Under the pieces are notes generated by a model. The model had not been told where the DNA came from, did no database searches, and worked only from the letters and a program-made list of their open reading frames with translations. Positions 33,466-47,470 of a DNA stretch of 64,000 nucleotides are shown here, piece by piece. Origin of the DNA: Chiloscyllium plagiosum (taxonomy: Eukaryota); NCBI RefSeq assembly GCF_004010195.1, contig NC_057750.1, positions 20,215,964 through 20,279,963 on the forward strand, in the 5' to 3' direction. Every line of letters begins with the position of its first letter. The first letter of the stretch is position 1. The position numbers and the translations under genes were made by a program.

Positions 33466-35289
33466 CAGACTTCAGCTTAGGACGCATTGTCATCGAATGT
33501 TTCTCTTCCTATTCTTTTCCTGGTTAAGTGGCCTCTGCTCTGTTAATGCATGTGGACCTCTCTGCATGTTCCTGATTTTTTTTTGTCACGTCCTGCGGAG
33601 AGGGGGAAGGAAATGTCTGCGTGTGTGCCAACTGCAGAATAAATGCAGCAGCGATCTCCAAGAGACAAAATCGCCCAGGCTTTGCCCAGAGTTGTGGCTG
33701 TGGGAGATTTTGTTTTCAGCAGCAGTCATGTTATTCTGTCATCTCGTGGTTCTGATAAAGGTTTCGTTTAAAAGATACTTACAGAGAGGGAAAACAATAA
33801 ATTCAGATGCAAGGAGAACACATCTCCGCTCTGCGCACAGTTACACAGTTAAGGATTTGGAAGTGTTTGACGACCAGGTAATTGGAGTGATTATGGAATG
33901 CTGTATGCCGGAAGGAAGTCCATTGTACCTTCACCGGCTCTTTGAAACAATCCAATCCAACCAATCCATTTCCCCTGCTCTTTTCCAACAGTCCTACCAA
34001 TGTTGTTTTGCTAACTGATAGCCTGCAGGGCAGTTTGCAGCAGTAAGATTGTACCTAATTAAGATGCTGAAAATGGTTGAGACCTGGTTCACAGAGAAAA
34101 CACCTCCACAGAATCTGAGGGGCTTGAAATGTTTCTTTTGCAGCAAGATCAGAGCTGAAATATGCTGCAGGAAAGCTGTGGGAAACAGTTTGAGCAGGCA
34201 CTTCGGGATGGGAATGGGATACATAGAGTTTGCATTTAGATAACAGGTTTGACCACAAGATCATTTTCAACTGTTGCACAGGCAATGAAGCACTTTTTGC
34301 AGTTACTGTTGTGAGGTCAGAAGAAAGCCATTAACTTTCTACAAACAGTGCTGTGATGATGAACTCAGCTGGTTTGGGTGTTATTTGAGGGACAAGTATA
34401 AGCAAGGACACAGAGTCTGACTCCCCTAGAAAAGATCACAGGGCTGTGGAAAAAGAGGCAGTAGAGGGGACAGATTTGGGTCATTCAGGAACTAGGGCAG
34501 GATTGATTTTTCTAAATATTTTTGGGGGGACCTCCCTGGTGGGAAGAGCAGAGTATGGGGCCATCATATTAAAAATACAGCAAAGTCAAAGAGGACTAAT
34601 CTTTCAGAGAAAGCATAAAAGAAACCTAGTCCACTCTTCAGTCCCCCCCCCCCCCCCCTCACCCCCATACCGCCGCCTCACTCTCTCACAGTCTGCTATT
34701 CACGCTCTCCTACTCATGCTGTCACCATGTTGAGGAAGGGGCAAAACTGCTCTGGAGAAATTACAGGGAACATTCACGAGAATGTTGGCATGGTTGGAAA
34801 ATTGATAGGCTGGGTTGCTTTCCTTTGAAAAGATGAGAGGTGACTTATTTAAGATGTACAAGAGAATGAGCAGGTTAGAGTGGACAGAGCAGACCTGTTA
34901 CCTATGAAAGGGATGTTAGTTACCAAGTCTAAACTGATTGGCTCAAGGATTCGAGGAGATAAAAGGAGAAACCTCTTCACCCAGCTGGGGGGTAGTGTCT
35001 AGAATTCACTGCCTGGTTTGGCAAGTCAGGTGGAAACCTTCAATAAGTTTGATAAGAACCTGGATCGGCCCCTTGAAATACTGTTACCTGCAAGCTACAG
35101 AATTGTTGCTGAATGTGGGATGAAATGCATGGCCTCTTTCTCTGCCCGAATTTTCCAATGGTTTGATGTTTGTTTCTCTGAACTGCTTCAAATGGAGATC
35201 CAAATTATATAAAGTACTCTCGATGGGATCTCACCAAAGTCAAATGTCCAACTGCAATAAAACATCAGTAAAACATTTCAGACACGGGA

Positions 35290-38200
35290 CTGCTGAGTAA
35301 GTGAAGTAATATATTTGGGTGGTTGCGTTACCCGAAACACTACTTAGATCATGTCTCCCACCCATCCTCCTCCTCTAACCAAAACAAAGATTCTGTGCAG
35401 CTGATTGGGAAGGTAAATAGTTCTTTGTTTCATTTTTTATTTTCCTACAGTCTCTTTGGGAATTCAGAATAGTGGGAATGGCGGTTAGAGCAGTTGAATG
35501 TTCCTCCTGCAGAATGTGGGAGGTAAAGGGTCACCACTAGTGTCCCTGCTGATTTCATCTGCAGGAAAAGTGCACCCAACTCCAGCTCCTCGAAAACCAT
35601 GTTAGGGAACTGGAGCTGGAGGCTGTATGAACTTTGGATCATTTGGGAGGCAGAGGGGGTGATAGAAAGAAGTTACAGGGAGGTGGTCACACCTTAGGTG
35701 CAAGAAAGAGGGTTACAGTCAGGGGACAAAGGGAACCAGCAGGCAGTGCAGGGATTCCCTCTGGCCATTTCCCTCAATAACAAGTATATTTTGGATACTG
35801 TTAGCTGTGGGGGTGGCGGAGAAGGAACTAACTAGGATTAAGTCATGGAGTGCAGGTCTCTGGCACAGAGTCTGTCCCTGTTGCTTAGAAGGGAAGGGGG
35901 GAGAGGAGCAGAGCATTCGTCACTGGGGACTCCACAGTTAGGGGGACAGATAAGAGGTTCTGAGGGAATGAGACAGAATCACAGATGGTGTGTTGCCTCC
36001 CAGGTGCCATGGTTCATGATGTTTCGGATTGTGTTTTCAGGATCCTTGTGGGGGAGGGGGAGCAGCTACGTAGGCACTAACGACATAGATAGGAAAAGAG
36101 ATGGGGATTTAAGGCAGAAGTTCAGGGAGCTAGCGTGGAAGCTTAGTGCAGAGTTGTTATCTCTGCTTTGTTGTCTGTGCCACATGCCAGCGAGGGAAGG
36201 AAAAGGGAGAGAGGATTGAACATGTGGCTGCAGGGATGGTGCAGGAGGGAGGGTTTTGGATACTTAGACAATTCGGGCTCATTCTGGGGTAGGTGGGACC
36301 TCTGCAAACAGAATGGTCTACACCTGAACCAGAGGGGTGCCAATATGCTAATTTGCTAATGCTCTTCAGGAAGATTTAAACTAATTCAGCAGGGGAATGG
36401 GAACCTAAATTGTAGCTCCAGTGACCAGGAGGTTGAGAGTAGTGAGGTCAGCAATGAGGTTTCATGGTCGCAAGAGTTCACCGGGAAGCAGGAATGTGGT
36501 TTGAAGTGTGTCCATTTCAACACCAGGAGCATCCAGAATAAGGTGAGTGAACTTGCAGCATGGATTGGTACCTGGGACTTCGATGTTGTGGCCATTTCAG
36601 AGACATGGATAGAGCAAGGACAGGAATGGTTATTGCAGGTTCCGGGATTTAGATGTTTCACTAAGAACAGAGAAGATGATAAAAGAGGGGGAGGTGTGGC
36701 ATTGTTGGTCAAGGACAGTATTATGACGGCAGAAAGGATGTTTGAGGACTCGTCTACTGAGGGAGCATGGGCTGAGGTTAGAAACAGGAAAGGAGAGGTC
36801 ACCCTGTTGGTAGTTTTCTTTGGGCCTCCAAATAGTTCCAGAGATGTAGAGGAAAGGATAACCTGGTTATTTTGGGTAGGAGCTAGAGTAACAGGGTAGT
36901 TGTTATAGGGGGCTTTAACTTTCCAGATATTGACTGGAAATACTGTAGTTCAAGTACTTTAGAGGGGTCAGTTTTTGTTCAATGTGTGCAGGAGGGCTTG
37001 CTGATACAGTATGTAGATAGGCCAACAAGGCGCAAGGCTGGGTAATGAACCTGGCTAGGTGTTAGATTTGGAGGTAGGTAAGCACTTTGGTGACAGTGAC
37101 CACCATTCGGTTATGTTTACTTTAGCAATGGAAAGGGATAGGTATATACCGCAAGGAAAGATTTATTGCTGGGGGAAAGGCAATTGAGATGTGATTAGTC
37201 AAGACTTAGAATTCATAGGATGGGGAGGAAACTGCAGGGGATAGGCGCAATTGAAATGTGGATCTTATTCAAAGAACAGCTACTGCAGGTCCTTGATAAT
37301 TATGTACCTGTCAGACAGGGAGGAAGTGGTCGAGGGAGGGAGCCATGGTTTACTAAAGAAGTTGAATCTCTTGTGAAGAGGAAGAAGAAGGCTTATGTTA
37401 GGATGAGATGTGAAGGCTCAGTTAGGGCGCTTGAGAATTACAAGCTAGCCAGGAAAGACCTAAATAGAGAGCTAAGAAGAGCCAGGAGGGAACACGAGAA
37501 GTCATTGGCAGATAGGATCAAGGAAACCCTAAAACTTTCTATAGGTATATCCAGAATAACAGAATGACTCGAGCAAGATTAGGGCCAATCAAGGATATTG
37601 TGGGAAGTTGTGTGCGGAGTCTGAGGAGATAGGGGAAGCGTCAAATGAATTTTTTTGTCAGTGTTCACACTGGAAAAAGACAATGTTGTCGAGGAGAATA
37701 CTGAGATACAGTCTACTAGATTAGACGGAATTGAGGTTCACAAGGAGGAGGTGTTAGCAATTCTGGCCAGTGTGAAAATAGAGAAGTCCCCTAGGCCGGA
37801 TGGGATCTATCCTAGGATTCTCTGGGAAGCCAGGGAGAAGATTGCAGAGCCTTCGGCTTTGATCTTTATGTAGTCATTATCTACAGGAATAGTGCCAGAA
37901 GGCTGGACATTAGCAAATATTGTTCCCTTGTTCAAGAAGGGAAGGGGGACAACGCTGGTAATTATAGACCACTGAGCCTTACTTCGGTTGTGGATAAAGT
38001 GTTAGAAAAGGTTATAAGAGATATGATTTATAATCATCTAGAGAGGAATAAGTTGATTAGGGATAGTTAACACGGTTTTGTGAAGGGTAGGTGTGCCTCA
38101 CAAACCTTATTGAGTGCTTTGAGATGGTGACCAAACAGGTGGATAAGGGTAAAGCGGTTGTGATGTGGTGTACAGGTATATGGATTTCAGTAAGGCGTTT

Positions 38201-39915
38201 GATAAGGTTCCCCACGGTAGGCTATTACACAAAATACAGAGGCATGGGATTGAGGGTAATTTAGTGGTTTGGATCAGACATTGGCTAGCTGAAAGAAGAC
38301 AGAGGGCGGTGGTTAATGGGAAATGTTTATCCTGGAGTTCACTTACTAGTGGTGTACCGGAAGGATCTATTTTGGGACCACTACTGTTTGTCATTTTTAT
38401 AAATGACCCGGATGAGAGCGTAGAAGGATGGATTAGTAAATTTGCAGATGACATTCAGGTCGGTGGAGTTGTGGTTTGTACTGAAGGATGTTGCGGGTTA
38501 CAGAGGGACATAGATAAGCTGCAGAGCTGGGCTGATAGGTGGCAAATGGAGTTTAATGCGGAAAAGTGTGAGGCGGTACACTTTGGAAGGATCAACAGGA
38601 ATAAAGAGTACTGGGCTAATGGTAAGATTCTTGGTAGTGTAGATGCTCAGAGAGATCTCGGTGTCCATGTACATAGATCCCAGAAAGTTGCCACCCAGGT
38701 TGATAGGGTTGTTAAGAAAGCATACAGTGCGATAGCTTTTACTGGTAGAGGGATTGAGTTTCAGAGCCACGAGGTTATGCTGCACCTGTACAAAACTCTG
38801 GTGTGGCCACACTTGGAGTATTGCATATAGTTCTGGTCACTGCATTTTCGAAAGGATGTGGAAGCTTTGGAAAGGGGTTCAGAGGAGATTTACTAGGATG
38901 TTGCCTGATATGGAGGGACGGTCTTGTGAGGAAAGGCTGAGGGACTTGAAGCTGCTTTCATTAGAGGGAAAAAGATTGACGGGTGATATAATTGAGGCAT
39001 TAACTCAGAGGAGAAAGTGAGGGCTGCAGATGCTCGAGATCAGAGCTGAAAATGTGTTGCTTGAAAAGCGCAGCAGGTCAGGCAACATCCAAGGAACAGG
39101 AGAATCGACATTTCGGGCATAAGCCCTTCTTCAGGAATGAGGAAAGTGTGTCCAGCAGGCTAAGATAAAAGGTAGGGAGGAGGGACTTGGGGGAGGGGCT
39201 TTGGAAATGCGATAGGTCGAGGGACGTCAAGGTGAGGGTGATAGGCCGGAGTGGGGTGGGGGCGGAGAGATCAGGAAGAAGATTGCAGGTTAGGAAGGCG
39301 GTGCTGAGTTCGAGGGATTTTACAAGGTGGGGGGAGGGGAAATGAGGAAACTGGAGAAATCTGAGTTCATCCCTTGTGGTTGGAGGGTTCCCAGGCAGAA
39401 GATGAGGCGCTCTTCCTCCAACTGTCGTGTTGCCATGGTCTGGCGATGGAGGAGTGCAAGGACCTGCATGTCCTTGGTGGAGTGAGAGGGGGAGTTAAAG
39501 TGTTGGGCTACGGGGTGGTTGGGTTAGTTGGTCCGGGTGTCCCAGAGGTGTTCTCTGAAACGTTCCGCAAGTAGGCGGCATTAACTCAGAGGGTTAGATA
39601 GGGTAAACAGTGAGAGCCTTTTTCCTCGGATGGAGATGGGAAGCATGAGGGGACACAGCTTTCAGTTGAAGGCTGATAGATATAAGACAGATGTCAGTGG
39701 TAGTTTCTTGACTCAGAGTCGTAGGGGCATGGGTCACATTGCCTGCAACAGTAGTAGATCTGCCAACTTGAAGGGCATTTATGTGGTCATCGGATAAACA
39801 TTTGGATGAAAGTGGAATAGCGTAGGTTAGATGGGCTTCAGATTGGTTCCACAGGTCGGCACAACGTCGAGAGCAAAAGGGCCCATACTGCGCTGTAATG
39901 TTCTCTGTTCTATCA
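35290..39915 (+). mobile_element. Near full-length decayed CR1 (ORF1 zinc-finger + SGNH esterase-like; ORF2 APE+RT)
   Basis: ORF1 MAVRAVECSSCRMWEV (35478) and YVGTNDI...LNMWLQGWCRREGF...NGLHLN. ORF2 [48 protein letters not shown] tail. Confidence 0.92.
39012..39576 (-). mobile_element. Penelope-like 3' fragment inserted in the CR1
   Basis: 16-bp TSD GGCATTAACTCAGAGG at 38996-39011 and 39577-39592. Minus strand encodes the end of the GIY-YIG region (RLLAERFREHL...LEEERLIFCLGTLQPQGMN) and the terminal repeat. Confidence 0.88.
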
Positions 39916-40089
39916 CTATTTGAATGATCCATTCTTGTTTCTACAGACAAGAAAAACCTTTTTTGCCTTTTTCATCAAATGTACATGCAAGTAGATTTTG
40001 TTTTGTGATTTGTGGACCAGGACCTGCTATTTCCACTTTGGTAATTTGCAAACTCATTTGATTTAAGTAATGTGTATTTTTCTATTTAA

Positions 40090-40690
40090 CTGCTGAAGTG
40101 CCACGTCTTCTCACATGATCCTACCCATGCTGAATTTTCTTTCTGGTCGTGTAGCCTATCTTTAATGCTGTACAGACTTGATATGTCCTTTTATCATTTA
40201 ATTTCTGGACTGTCTTTGTGTCATCAGCAAGTTTAGGATTGGTACATTTGGTTCAATCAGGCAGATTGCAAACAGATTCGACCCCAGGTCAGATCTCTGT
40301 GCTAGTTCCCTTGTTGCAGCTGTTATAAATCTGGAAATGACCTGTTTCAGTCTACTTTCAGTTTCTTGTTTGTTCATCAATTCTCTACCAATGCTAATAT
40401 GGTACATTCCCTCCGACCATGAGTTCTTATTTTGTTTTGTCATTTTTGATGTCAGACTTGTCAAATGCCTTCTGTCAATCCAATTCCACCACATCCACAT
40501 GTGTTTTTTATATGTTGCTTGTTGCTTCTTCAAAGAACTCCAGTAAATTGGTAAAACATGGTTTTCCTTTTGTAACACTGTATTGGCCCTCCTGCAATTT
40601 CCTTCATTTTTATCTTGTTACCCGTTTCCCTCCAACAAAATGTCAAGCCATTTGGCTTGTAGTTTCTTGCTTTTTGTCTTCTTCCTTAAT
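40090..40690 (-). mobile_element. Old CR1 RT fragment
   Basis: Reverse complement of LADDTK and KAFDK motifs. Confidence 0.6.
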
Positions 40691-40707
40691 TCCCTCTTGT
40701 TCATCCA

Positions 40708-41012
40708 ATCCTTACAGTATGGGAACAGGCCTGTTGGCCCACCAAGTCCACACCAACCCTCTGAAGAGTAACCCACCTGGACCCATTCCCCTACATTTCC
40801 CCCTGACTAATGCTCCACATCCCTGTACACTATGGAGAATTTAGCACGGCCAATTCACATAGCCTTTGGATTGTGGGAGGAAACCGGAGCACCTGGAGGA
40901 AACACAAGCAGACACAGGAAGAACGTGCAAACTCCACACAGTCGTCCAAGGCTGGAATTGAACTCGCGTCCCTGGCACTGTGAGGTAGCAGTGCTAACCA
41001 CTGAGCCACCGT
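40708..41012 (-). mobile_element. HE1-like SINE
   Basis: Head CGGTGGCTCAGTGGTTAGCACTG...GAGTTCAATTCC on the minus strand. Confidence 0.88.
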
Positions 41013-41907
41013 AACGGTTATTTTTAGTGGCTAAGCTTCATATTCAGCCATCTAATCCCCGATTTGTGTGCCTTCTTTCTGTGATACATCTACTTCACTA
41101 TGTTTCTGCCCACCTTCAAGGTCTTTGTTTAAACAGACTTTTTCAATCAAACCTTTGGTCTCCTGTCCTAAAAGTTCTGATGAAAGGTCATGGACCTGAA
41201 AAATATATATTCTATACTCCTATCCGACCTAAATATTTCCTGCTTTTTCTGTTACTATTTAGGATTTCCAACATCTGTGTTATTTTGTTTCAGCTCTTTG
41301 GTTGACTCTATTTCAAGGGCAGTATTTCAATTGCTAAGTTAGATGCCACTTGAGTTCAAGTGTTTCATGTTGAGTTTAAATCATATGTTTATCAACCTGG
41401 TGAGAAACTGTTATCCAGCCATGAGTTGTTGCATTGGAAGTGTTATGGAGCAGATCAGCTTACCGCCAAATCCCCTGCCCCCATACCTGGACTTCAGCTT
41501 TTTTCTAAATTTAAGGCAAGTATAAGGTGCTGTGTTGCAGACATGTGATTAGTCCACATTTAGGATTTAATCAAAATACACGTTATTCTTACAACACAGT
41601 TCAAATACAAAAAGAAAGAATTGGCATAACTCTTAAAGGCATAGTACCACTACACATGTGGCTCAGAAACAGGCCATTTGCCCAAATCAGTCTGTGCTGG
41701 CATCAGCGACTAAGCCTGCCGAGCCCTCTGGGGCAGAGAATTCTATGGATTTACCACCGTCTAAGTGGAGAAACTAATCATTACAGTCTAAATGGCTTTC
41801 CCCTTATTCTGTCGATAACTAATAATTCACTCAAAAGGTGGATAGTTAATGTAATTACTGCATTAAAGAACACAGCCGGTTAATACAGTCCATTAAGCTT
41901 ACTATTA

Positions 41908-44135
41908 GACCATAGAACAGTACAGCACAGAACAGGCCCTTCAGCCCACGATGTTGTGCCGACCTTTGATCCTCATGTAAGGTAAACCTAATGTACAAAC
42001 CCTCAAATTTCTGTGACCATATGCATGACAGGCAGTCTCTTAAATATCCCCAATGACCTCGCTTCCACAACTGCTGCTGGCAACGCATTCCATGTTCTCA
42101 CAACTCTCTGCATAAAGAACCCGCCTCTGACATCCCCGCTATACTTTCCGCCAAACAGCTGAAAACTATGACCCCTCGTGTTAACAATTTCTGCCCTGGG
42201 AAAAAGTCTCTGGCTATCAACTCTATCTATGCGCCTCATTATCCTGTACACCTCAATTAGGTCCCCTCTCTTCCTCTTTTTTCCAATGAAAAACGTCTGA
42301 GCTCAGTCAACCTCTCTTCGTAAGATAAGCCCTCCATTACCTCCTCTGAACTCTCTCCAAAGCATCCACATCTTTCCTATAATAGGGCAACCAGAACTGG
42401 ACAAAGTATTCCAAGTGCGGTCTAACCAAAGTTTTATAGAGCTGCAACAAAGTCTCACAGCTCTTAAACTCAATCCCCCTATTAATGAAAGCCAAAACAC
42501 CATATTTTTTTCTTAACAACCCTGTCCACCTGCGTGGCAATTTTAAGGGATCTATGTACCTGCACACCAAGATCCCGCTGTTCCTCCACACTGCCAAGAA
42601 TTCTGTCTTTAATCCTGTACTCAACTTTCAAGTTTGACCTTCCAAAATGTATCACTTCGCATTTATCCAGGTTGAACACCATCTGCCACTTCTCAGCCCA
42701 TCTCTGCATCCTGTCAATGTCCCGCTGCAGCCTACAACAGTCCTCTATACTGTCAACGACATCTCCAACCTTTGTGTCGTCTGCAAACTTGCTAACTCAT
42801 CCTTCAATCTCCACATCCAAGTCATTATTAAAAATTACAAACAGTAGAGGTCCAAGAACAGAGCCCTGTGGAACACCACTCACCACTGACTTCCAGGCAG
42901 AATACTTTCCTTCCATAACCACTCGCTGTCTTCTGTCGACCAGCCAATTCTGTATCCAGACAGCTAAATTTCCCTGTATCCCATTCCTCCTGACCTTCTA
43001 AACGAGCCTACCATGGGGAATCTTATCAAATGTCTTGCTGAAGTCCATATACACCACATCACACTGCTCAGCCCTCATCAACTTGTCTAGTAACATCCTC
43101 AAAGAACTCAATAAGATTTGTGAGGCGTGAACTGCCCCTCACAAAGCCGTGCTGACTGCATTTAATCAAGCCATGCTCTTCCAGATGGTCATAAATCCTA
43201 TCCCTCAGAATCCTTTCTAACACCTTGAGACTGACTGGTCTGTAATTGCCGGGGATTTCCCTATTTCCTTTCTTGAAGAGAGGAATTACATTTGCCTCCC
43301 TCCAGTCCTCAGGTACGACTCCGGTGAAGAGCGAGGATGCCAAGATCTTCGCAAGCGGCGAAGCAATCTCATTTCTCGCTTCCCAAAGCAGCCAAGGACA
43401 AATCTGGTCTGGCCATGGCGACTTGTCAATCTTAATGTTTGTCAAAATTTTCAGCACATCAGCTTCCTCAATCTCTATCCATTCCAGCATGCTTACCTGC
43501 TCCTCAATGGTTTCATTCTCTACAAGGTCCTTTTCTTTAGTAAAGACAGAAGCAAAAAACTCATTTAGGGCTACCCCTACCTCCTCAGACTCTATACACA
43601 AGTTCTCTATGCTATCCCTGATCGGCCCTACTCTTGCTTTGACCATTCTCTTATTCCTCACATACATGTAAAATACCTTTGGATTCTCCCTAATCCTTCC
43701 TGCCAAGCCTTTTTCGTGCCCCCTCCTGGCTCTCCTCAGACCATTTTTGAGCTCCTTCCTCGCCTGCCTGTAATCCTCTAGAGCTGAGCGAGATTCTTGC
43801 TTCCTCCACCTTACGTAAGCTTTCTTTTGACGAGAAGCTCCTCCGCTCTCGTCATCCAAGGTTCCTTTATCTTACCCCTTCTTGCCTGTCTCAGAGGAAC
43901 ACTTTTATGCATCACTCGCAACAACTGTTCCTTAAACAGCCTCCACATGTCTATAGTGCCCTTTCCATGGAACAATTGCTCCCAGTCCATGCTTCCCAAC
44001 TCACATCTGATAGCATCATAGTTTCCTTTTCCCCAATTAAATATCCTCCCATTGTGCCTGCTTTCTCCTTCTCCATAGCTATGTAGAATGTGAGGCAGTT
44101 GTGGTCACTATCACCAAAATGCTCTCCCACCGCAA
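41908..44135 (-). mobile_element. CR1 ORF2 fragment with 3' tail
   Basis: HFGDSDHN, ORF 43068-43859, WQMVFNLDKC, LVRPHLEYFVQFW, FFMQRVVRTWNALP. Confidence 0.92.
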
Positions 44136-45300
44136 CATTAGTGGCAGGAAAAAGCAATGCAACCTCCAGTATGGAAGCTAGAATTATGATAGTCGGAATG
44201 AAAGGCAAAAATAAAAACATTGATTACTGATTTTTTTAAAAATGTGTGCCACAAAGAATAAATTATGTTAATATGATTGATGTAACTTTCAAAACCACTT
44301 TCATAAACTGTCCTATAATGCATCAGTGAATCAGGTCTGAAAAGTACAGGACAGGTGGCCAAGTGAATTGCTGGCGAGCTTCAAATCACAAATCTGGGAG
44401 TAGTAGTAAAATGGAGTTCTTCAGAGTAGCAGTCTATGGGAACCCAACGATCTGGGTTGGGAGCACTGCTCTTCACAACTGACATTTAGAATTTGCACAT
44501 GATAATGAAAAACACAATTTGAAAATTTGCTGATGTGACTTAATTTGGGAGATTATTAATACTGAGGAGGGCTTCAAAAAATTACAGGAGGACACAAATG
44601 AACTTGAATGATGAACAAGTGATAGGTTAGCAAAGTTGGTTACTGATTAGTGTGTGCTAGGTGAGTTTGGTGGGAAGAGTAGGGAAGAATCGTTACTTTC
44701 AAGATGTCAGAAGAGGTAGTAAAGGACCACAGGGATCTTTTGAGTACAAATATGTTAAACACAAACTTGTTTCACTTTGAATGTTCAGGATAGTGTGTAG
44801 TTTGCAACTTGCTGTGTCAGGTCTCAAGTGGGAAAGTACACCAACACTCGAGCCCCACTACTCCTGAGGTCATCACAGTGGTTGAAGATTTTGTCCGAGA
44901 TTCAGGGTGGTATGTTACCTTCAGGTGCTCAGGTCAAGGCTATCTTGGAGCAACACCATGACATTGTTGAGTAGAAGGGTGAACAGCCAAAGGTCGTAGT
45001 ACACTTTAATGACCGTCCTAGATTTAAGAAAAGGAATGAGATCCTAAAAGCAGACTGAGAGAGTTAAGAAGCAAGTTTAAAAGTAGGACCTCAAAGTTAG
45101 TGATCTCAGGATCACTACCAGTGCCAAGTGCTACTCAGTAGAAGTAATAGATATATATGTGGCTTGAGAGGTGGTGCAAGGGGGAGGGCTTTAGATTGCT
45201 GGGACATTGGAACCAGTTCTAGGGGTGGTGGAATGGGTTGCATGTGGGCAGACCGGAATTGATGCCCTCAGGAAGTATTTGCAAGTGCAGCCGAGGAGGG

Positions 45301-45902
45301 TTTATGGACTAGGCCAGACCACTCAAAACATTCTTAAGCAGGCAACCCAGACCATAATTTTGCAATTTGTTTCAGTCAGTGTACAGTGAAAATTACCCGG
45401 GGTGAGGTAAAATTTATTCACAAGATTACACAATGAAACACAAAGAACAGAATAAAGAACCCCGCAGAACTCTGTCTATCGAAACTACTTTAGGCAGTTC
45501 CGAATACACACAACAGTCCCAATAAGCAAACCCTATTAAAGACCAGTTTAAAAAAAAGGAACAGTTGCTGACAGGTTGAATTTGAAGGGCAGAAAGAGTG
45601 AGAGCCTGTTCACACATTCCACTGCTGAACTTCCACTAGTTCCGGACTGAACTGAACTGCTCAGCTAGAGAGCTGACCACTTCCTTTCATTGTACAGGTC
45701 ACTTCTAAAACATGACCACTTTGGCCTGAAGTCTCATCTGTTTAATTATAAACAAGAAAGCCTCTCAATCCCTTTTAATCTCTGTACCAAACTAGACTAA
45801 TCGGCACTGAGAGCAGTTTATTACCCCTCAGAGAAAAATCAAGGACATAGTATCCTTGAGAAAAGGAACAGCTTTTAGAAAAAAGAAACCAGCTTTGTGA
45901 CA
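45301..45902 (-). mobile_element. Solo LTR-like element
   Basis: Minus strand starts TGTCACAAAG and ends CCATAAA, with AATAAA near 45415. Splits the CR1 at GGGTTT/CTAAA. Confidence 0.6.
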
Positions 45903-46869
45903 CTAAAAGAACAGAGGTTTAAGAACCTATACAAGGAGCCAGAAGAGAAGGAAAGACAGGAAAAAAACAAAACACAGAATGGGAAATACGAAAAGCGAAA
46001 TGCAGAGAATTCAAGGGTGAGAATTAAACAGGGCCACAGGTGTAAAGTGATATAAAAGGGATTAAAAATGTTAAAAAGACAAGCCTTGAGACCTTCTGTC
46101 TTAATGCACAGAGCATTCCCAATAAAGTGGCTGAATCAGTCACACAAATAGGTATAAAAGGGTATGATACATTTGGGATTACAGAGGTGTGGCTGCAGCA
46201 GGACCAGGCTTGGGAATTAAATATTCACGGGCATTCAACATTTACAAAGGATGGACAAACAGGAAAAGGAAATGGATTTAAGAGCATATTAACGCAATAC
46301 TAAGCATCAATATTAGTTCGGGTGAAGAATCTGTATGGGTAGATTTTTGGAACATCAAGGGTGCAGAAAACAATAGTTTGGTGCAGAAACCCCAACTGTG
46401 ATGGTAACTTGGAAAAGACATTAAATAGGAAATTCGAGAGTCAAGCAATAAAGATACAGCTGTAATTATGGGTGACTTCAATCTGCATATGCATTGGTCA
46501 TATCAAATCTCTAACAGTGCTTCAGAGAAAGAATTACTAAAATATTGTAGAAATGGTTTTTGGATCAATATGTTGGGGAACCAATCAACTGAGAACAGGG
46601 TGATCAAGATAAGGGATGGCGGAAAGAGACAGTACCAATTTACAATCTAACTTTGGTGAAGATGACCATAAAATGATTGAACACTTCATGAAGGTGAACA
46701 ACAATGTACTTGATTCTGAGGCGAGGGTTCTGAAACTAAATAAATGGCTATGGTAAGTTGGGGAAGATTACTTTAATATTATGAAAATGAATAAGGGATG
46801 GCAAATATTTAAAGACTCCATGGATGAACGATAAGAATTCCTATCTGGCACAAAAATAAAACAGGAAAG

Positions 46870-47096
46870 GCGGAGCGTTTACCACTGCTGCCTCACAACT
46901 GCAGGGACCTGGACTCCAGCCTTGGGTGGCTGTGTGGAGTTGGATGTGCAGGTTAGGTGAATTAGGCATGGAGTTAAAAAGCCATCCTGGGTTATGGGGG
47001 TGTGTGGTGTGTGTCTGTGGGGTGCCCCTTGGAGGGGTGGTTCGGATCCAATGGGCTAAATGGCCTCGACCTGCGCTGTGGACATTCTATGATTCC
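46870..47096 (+). mobile_element. Degenerate HE1-like SINE
   Basis: CACTGCTGCCTCACA head, GATGTGCAGGTTAGG core, ATTCTATGATTC tail. Confidence 0.7.
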
Positions 47097-47470
47097 AAAG
47101 ATCGTACTGGATTCAAGGAAGAAGCAACCGTCCTGAAGATGTGGACACTTAAGATTTCAGCAAAGGAGCACAAAGAGATTGATGAAGAAGGGGAAAATAG
47201 AATTTGTGAGTAAGCTAGCATTAACGTACAGACTGATTGTAAGAACAGATACAGGGTATGCGAGAAGAAAATTATCCATTAAAACAAGACAAATGTAGGT
47301 CCCTTAAAGTCAGGAACAGGCAAGTTGGAATGGGGAACAAAAAGGTGGCAGACCAATTAAATACACTTTTCAATTCTGTCTTCACAAAAGATGACACAAA
47401 TAACATCCTATAAATGTTGGGGAATACAGGGTTAAGTGAGCGACAGGAACTGAAGGAAATCATTATTAGT

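Noticed and set aside
33227..34018. 263-aa ORF as a protein-coding gene
   Set aside because: Non-ATG start, reads through a (TG)n(AG)n microsatellite and a splice donor, and has no recognisable domain.
42534..44021. Plus-strand ORFs overlapping CR1 (and similar antisense ORFs elsewhere)
   Set aside because: Antisense shadows of CR1 ORF2.
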